Both the position numbers and the translations under genes were made by a program. DNA of 6,845 bases from Candidatus Helarchaeota ASGARD archaeon Hel_GB_B. GTDB taxonomy: Archaea; Asgardarchaeota; Lokiarchaeia; Helarchaeales; HEL-GB-B. The notes beneath the pieces are model-generated. The model saw only the letters and a list, made by a program, of their open reading frames with translations. It made no database searches and had not been told where the DNA came from. Location: NCBI GenBank assembly GCA_005191425.1, contig SUPR01000143.1, forward strand, positions 1 to 6,845, in the 5' to 3' direction. The number at the start of each line of letters is the position of its first letter. Within the stretch, counting starts at the first letter, position 1. Of this stretch, positions 6,356-6,845 are shown in pieces.

Positions 6356-6845
6356 TTAGTGGATTAAAAATAATTGACTATAGAGAGTCCCACCGATTAA
6401 TATTATAATTAAAATTGCAATTAAAAGAGCATCAGTTTTTTTAAATCCTGTTTTTGACACTTTTTTAACCCAAATTATTGTTAAAATAATTGAAATAATT
6501 GTAAAAAATATTTCTTTAACGGGGTACCATAAATTAGGCCAATAATATTTGAAAAATTGATTAATAGGCTCATCAGGTAGCCCAAAAAATTGTAGAACTG
6601 AATTAATAGCACATTGATAAAGTGAAAATATCCAAAAGAAACATAAAAAGATGTTTAATTTTTTAAACAAGTTAACATAAAAAGAAAGTAATAAGATTAA
6701 AGCACCAATTAAAACAACAAAAATTACACCCCACAAGGCTCCAACAATTTCTATGGCAAAATCTACTGCTACATTTCCCCACTTCTCACCTAATATTGCC
6801 ACATGTAAATAAATTCCAATTGCATATAATATAAAAGAAATGATT
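6356..6845 (-). CDS. Multi-pass membrane protein, 5'-truncated by the window edge
   Basis: The frame stays open upstream of GTG 6802 to the window end (IISFILYAIGIYLHVAILGEKW...), so the real start lies beyond 6845. At least 4-5 hydrophobic segments. Ends TAA at 6356-6358, convergent with the Ig/7TM gene. Confidence 0.8.
   Translation of the reverse strand, partial: IISFILYAIGIYLHVAILGEKWGNVAVDFAIEIVGALWGVIFVVLIGALILLLSFYVNLFKKLNIFLCFFWIFSLYQCAINSVLQFFGLPDEPINQFFKYYWPNLWYPVKEIFFTIISIILTIIWVKKVSKTGFKKTDALLIAILIIILIGGTLYSQLFLIH

Noticed and set aside
1-6845. CRISPR array, tRNA/rRNA, IS or terminal repeats
   Set aside because: No regularly spaced direct repeats, GC-rich structured RNA, or transposase/integrase motifs seen. 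The repeated DNA words come from the gene duplication.

Overview
Very AT-rich window (roughly low-20s % GC by eye). GGTGA/GGAGATGA ribosome-binding motifs, oligo-T terminator-like tracts and N-X-S/T-rich ectodomains point to an archaeon, possibly Asgard-like (inference). No gene can be given a symbol. In order on the + strand: (1) two tandem, collinear paralogous 3-TM glycoproteins (335-1306, 1323-2276; loosely DUF4337-like); (2) a 346-bp spacer that appears to hold a decayed reading frame; (3) a HEAT-repeat plus TPR solenoid protein (2623-4176); (4) one ~670-codon gene (4273-6294) that the ORF track splits in two because a single in-frame TGA (4723-4725) falls inside a CARDB/Ig-like domain where Gly is expected. 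Read through, gene (4) encodes a signal peptide, a glycosylated Ig-like ectodomain, about 7 TM helices (N-out/C-in) and a cytoplasmic winged-helix-like tail. A convergent multi-TM gene on the - strand is cut by the window edge. No RNA genes, CRISPR arrays or mobile elements were recognised.
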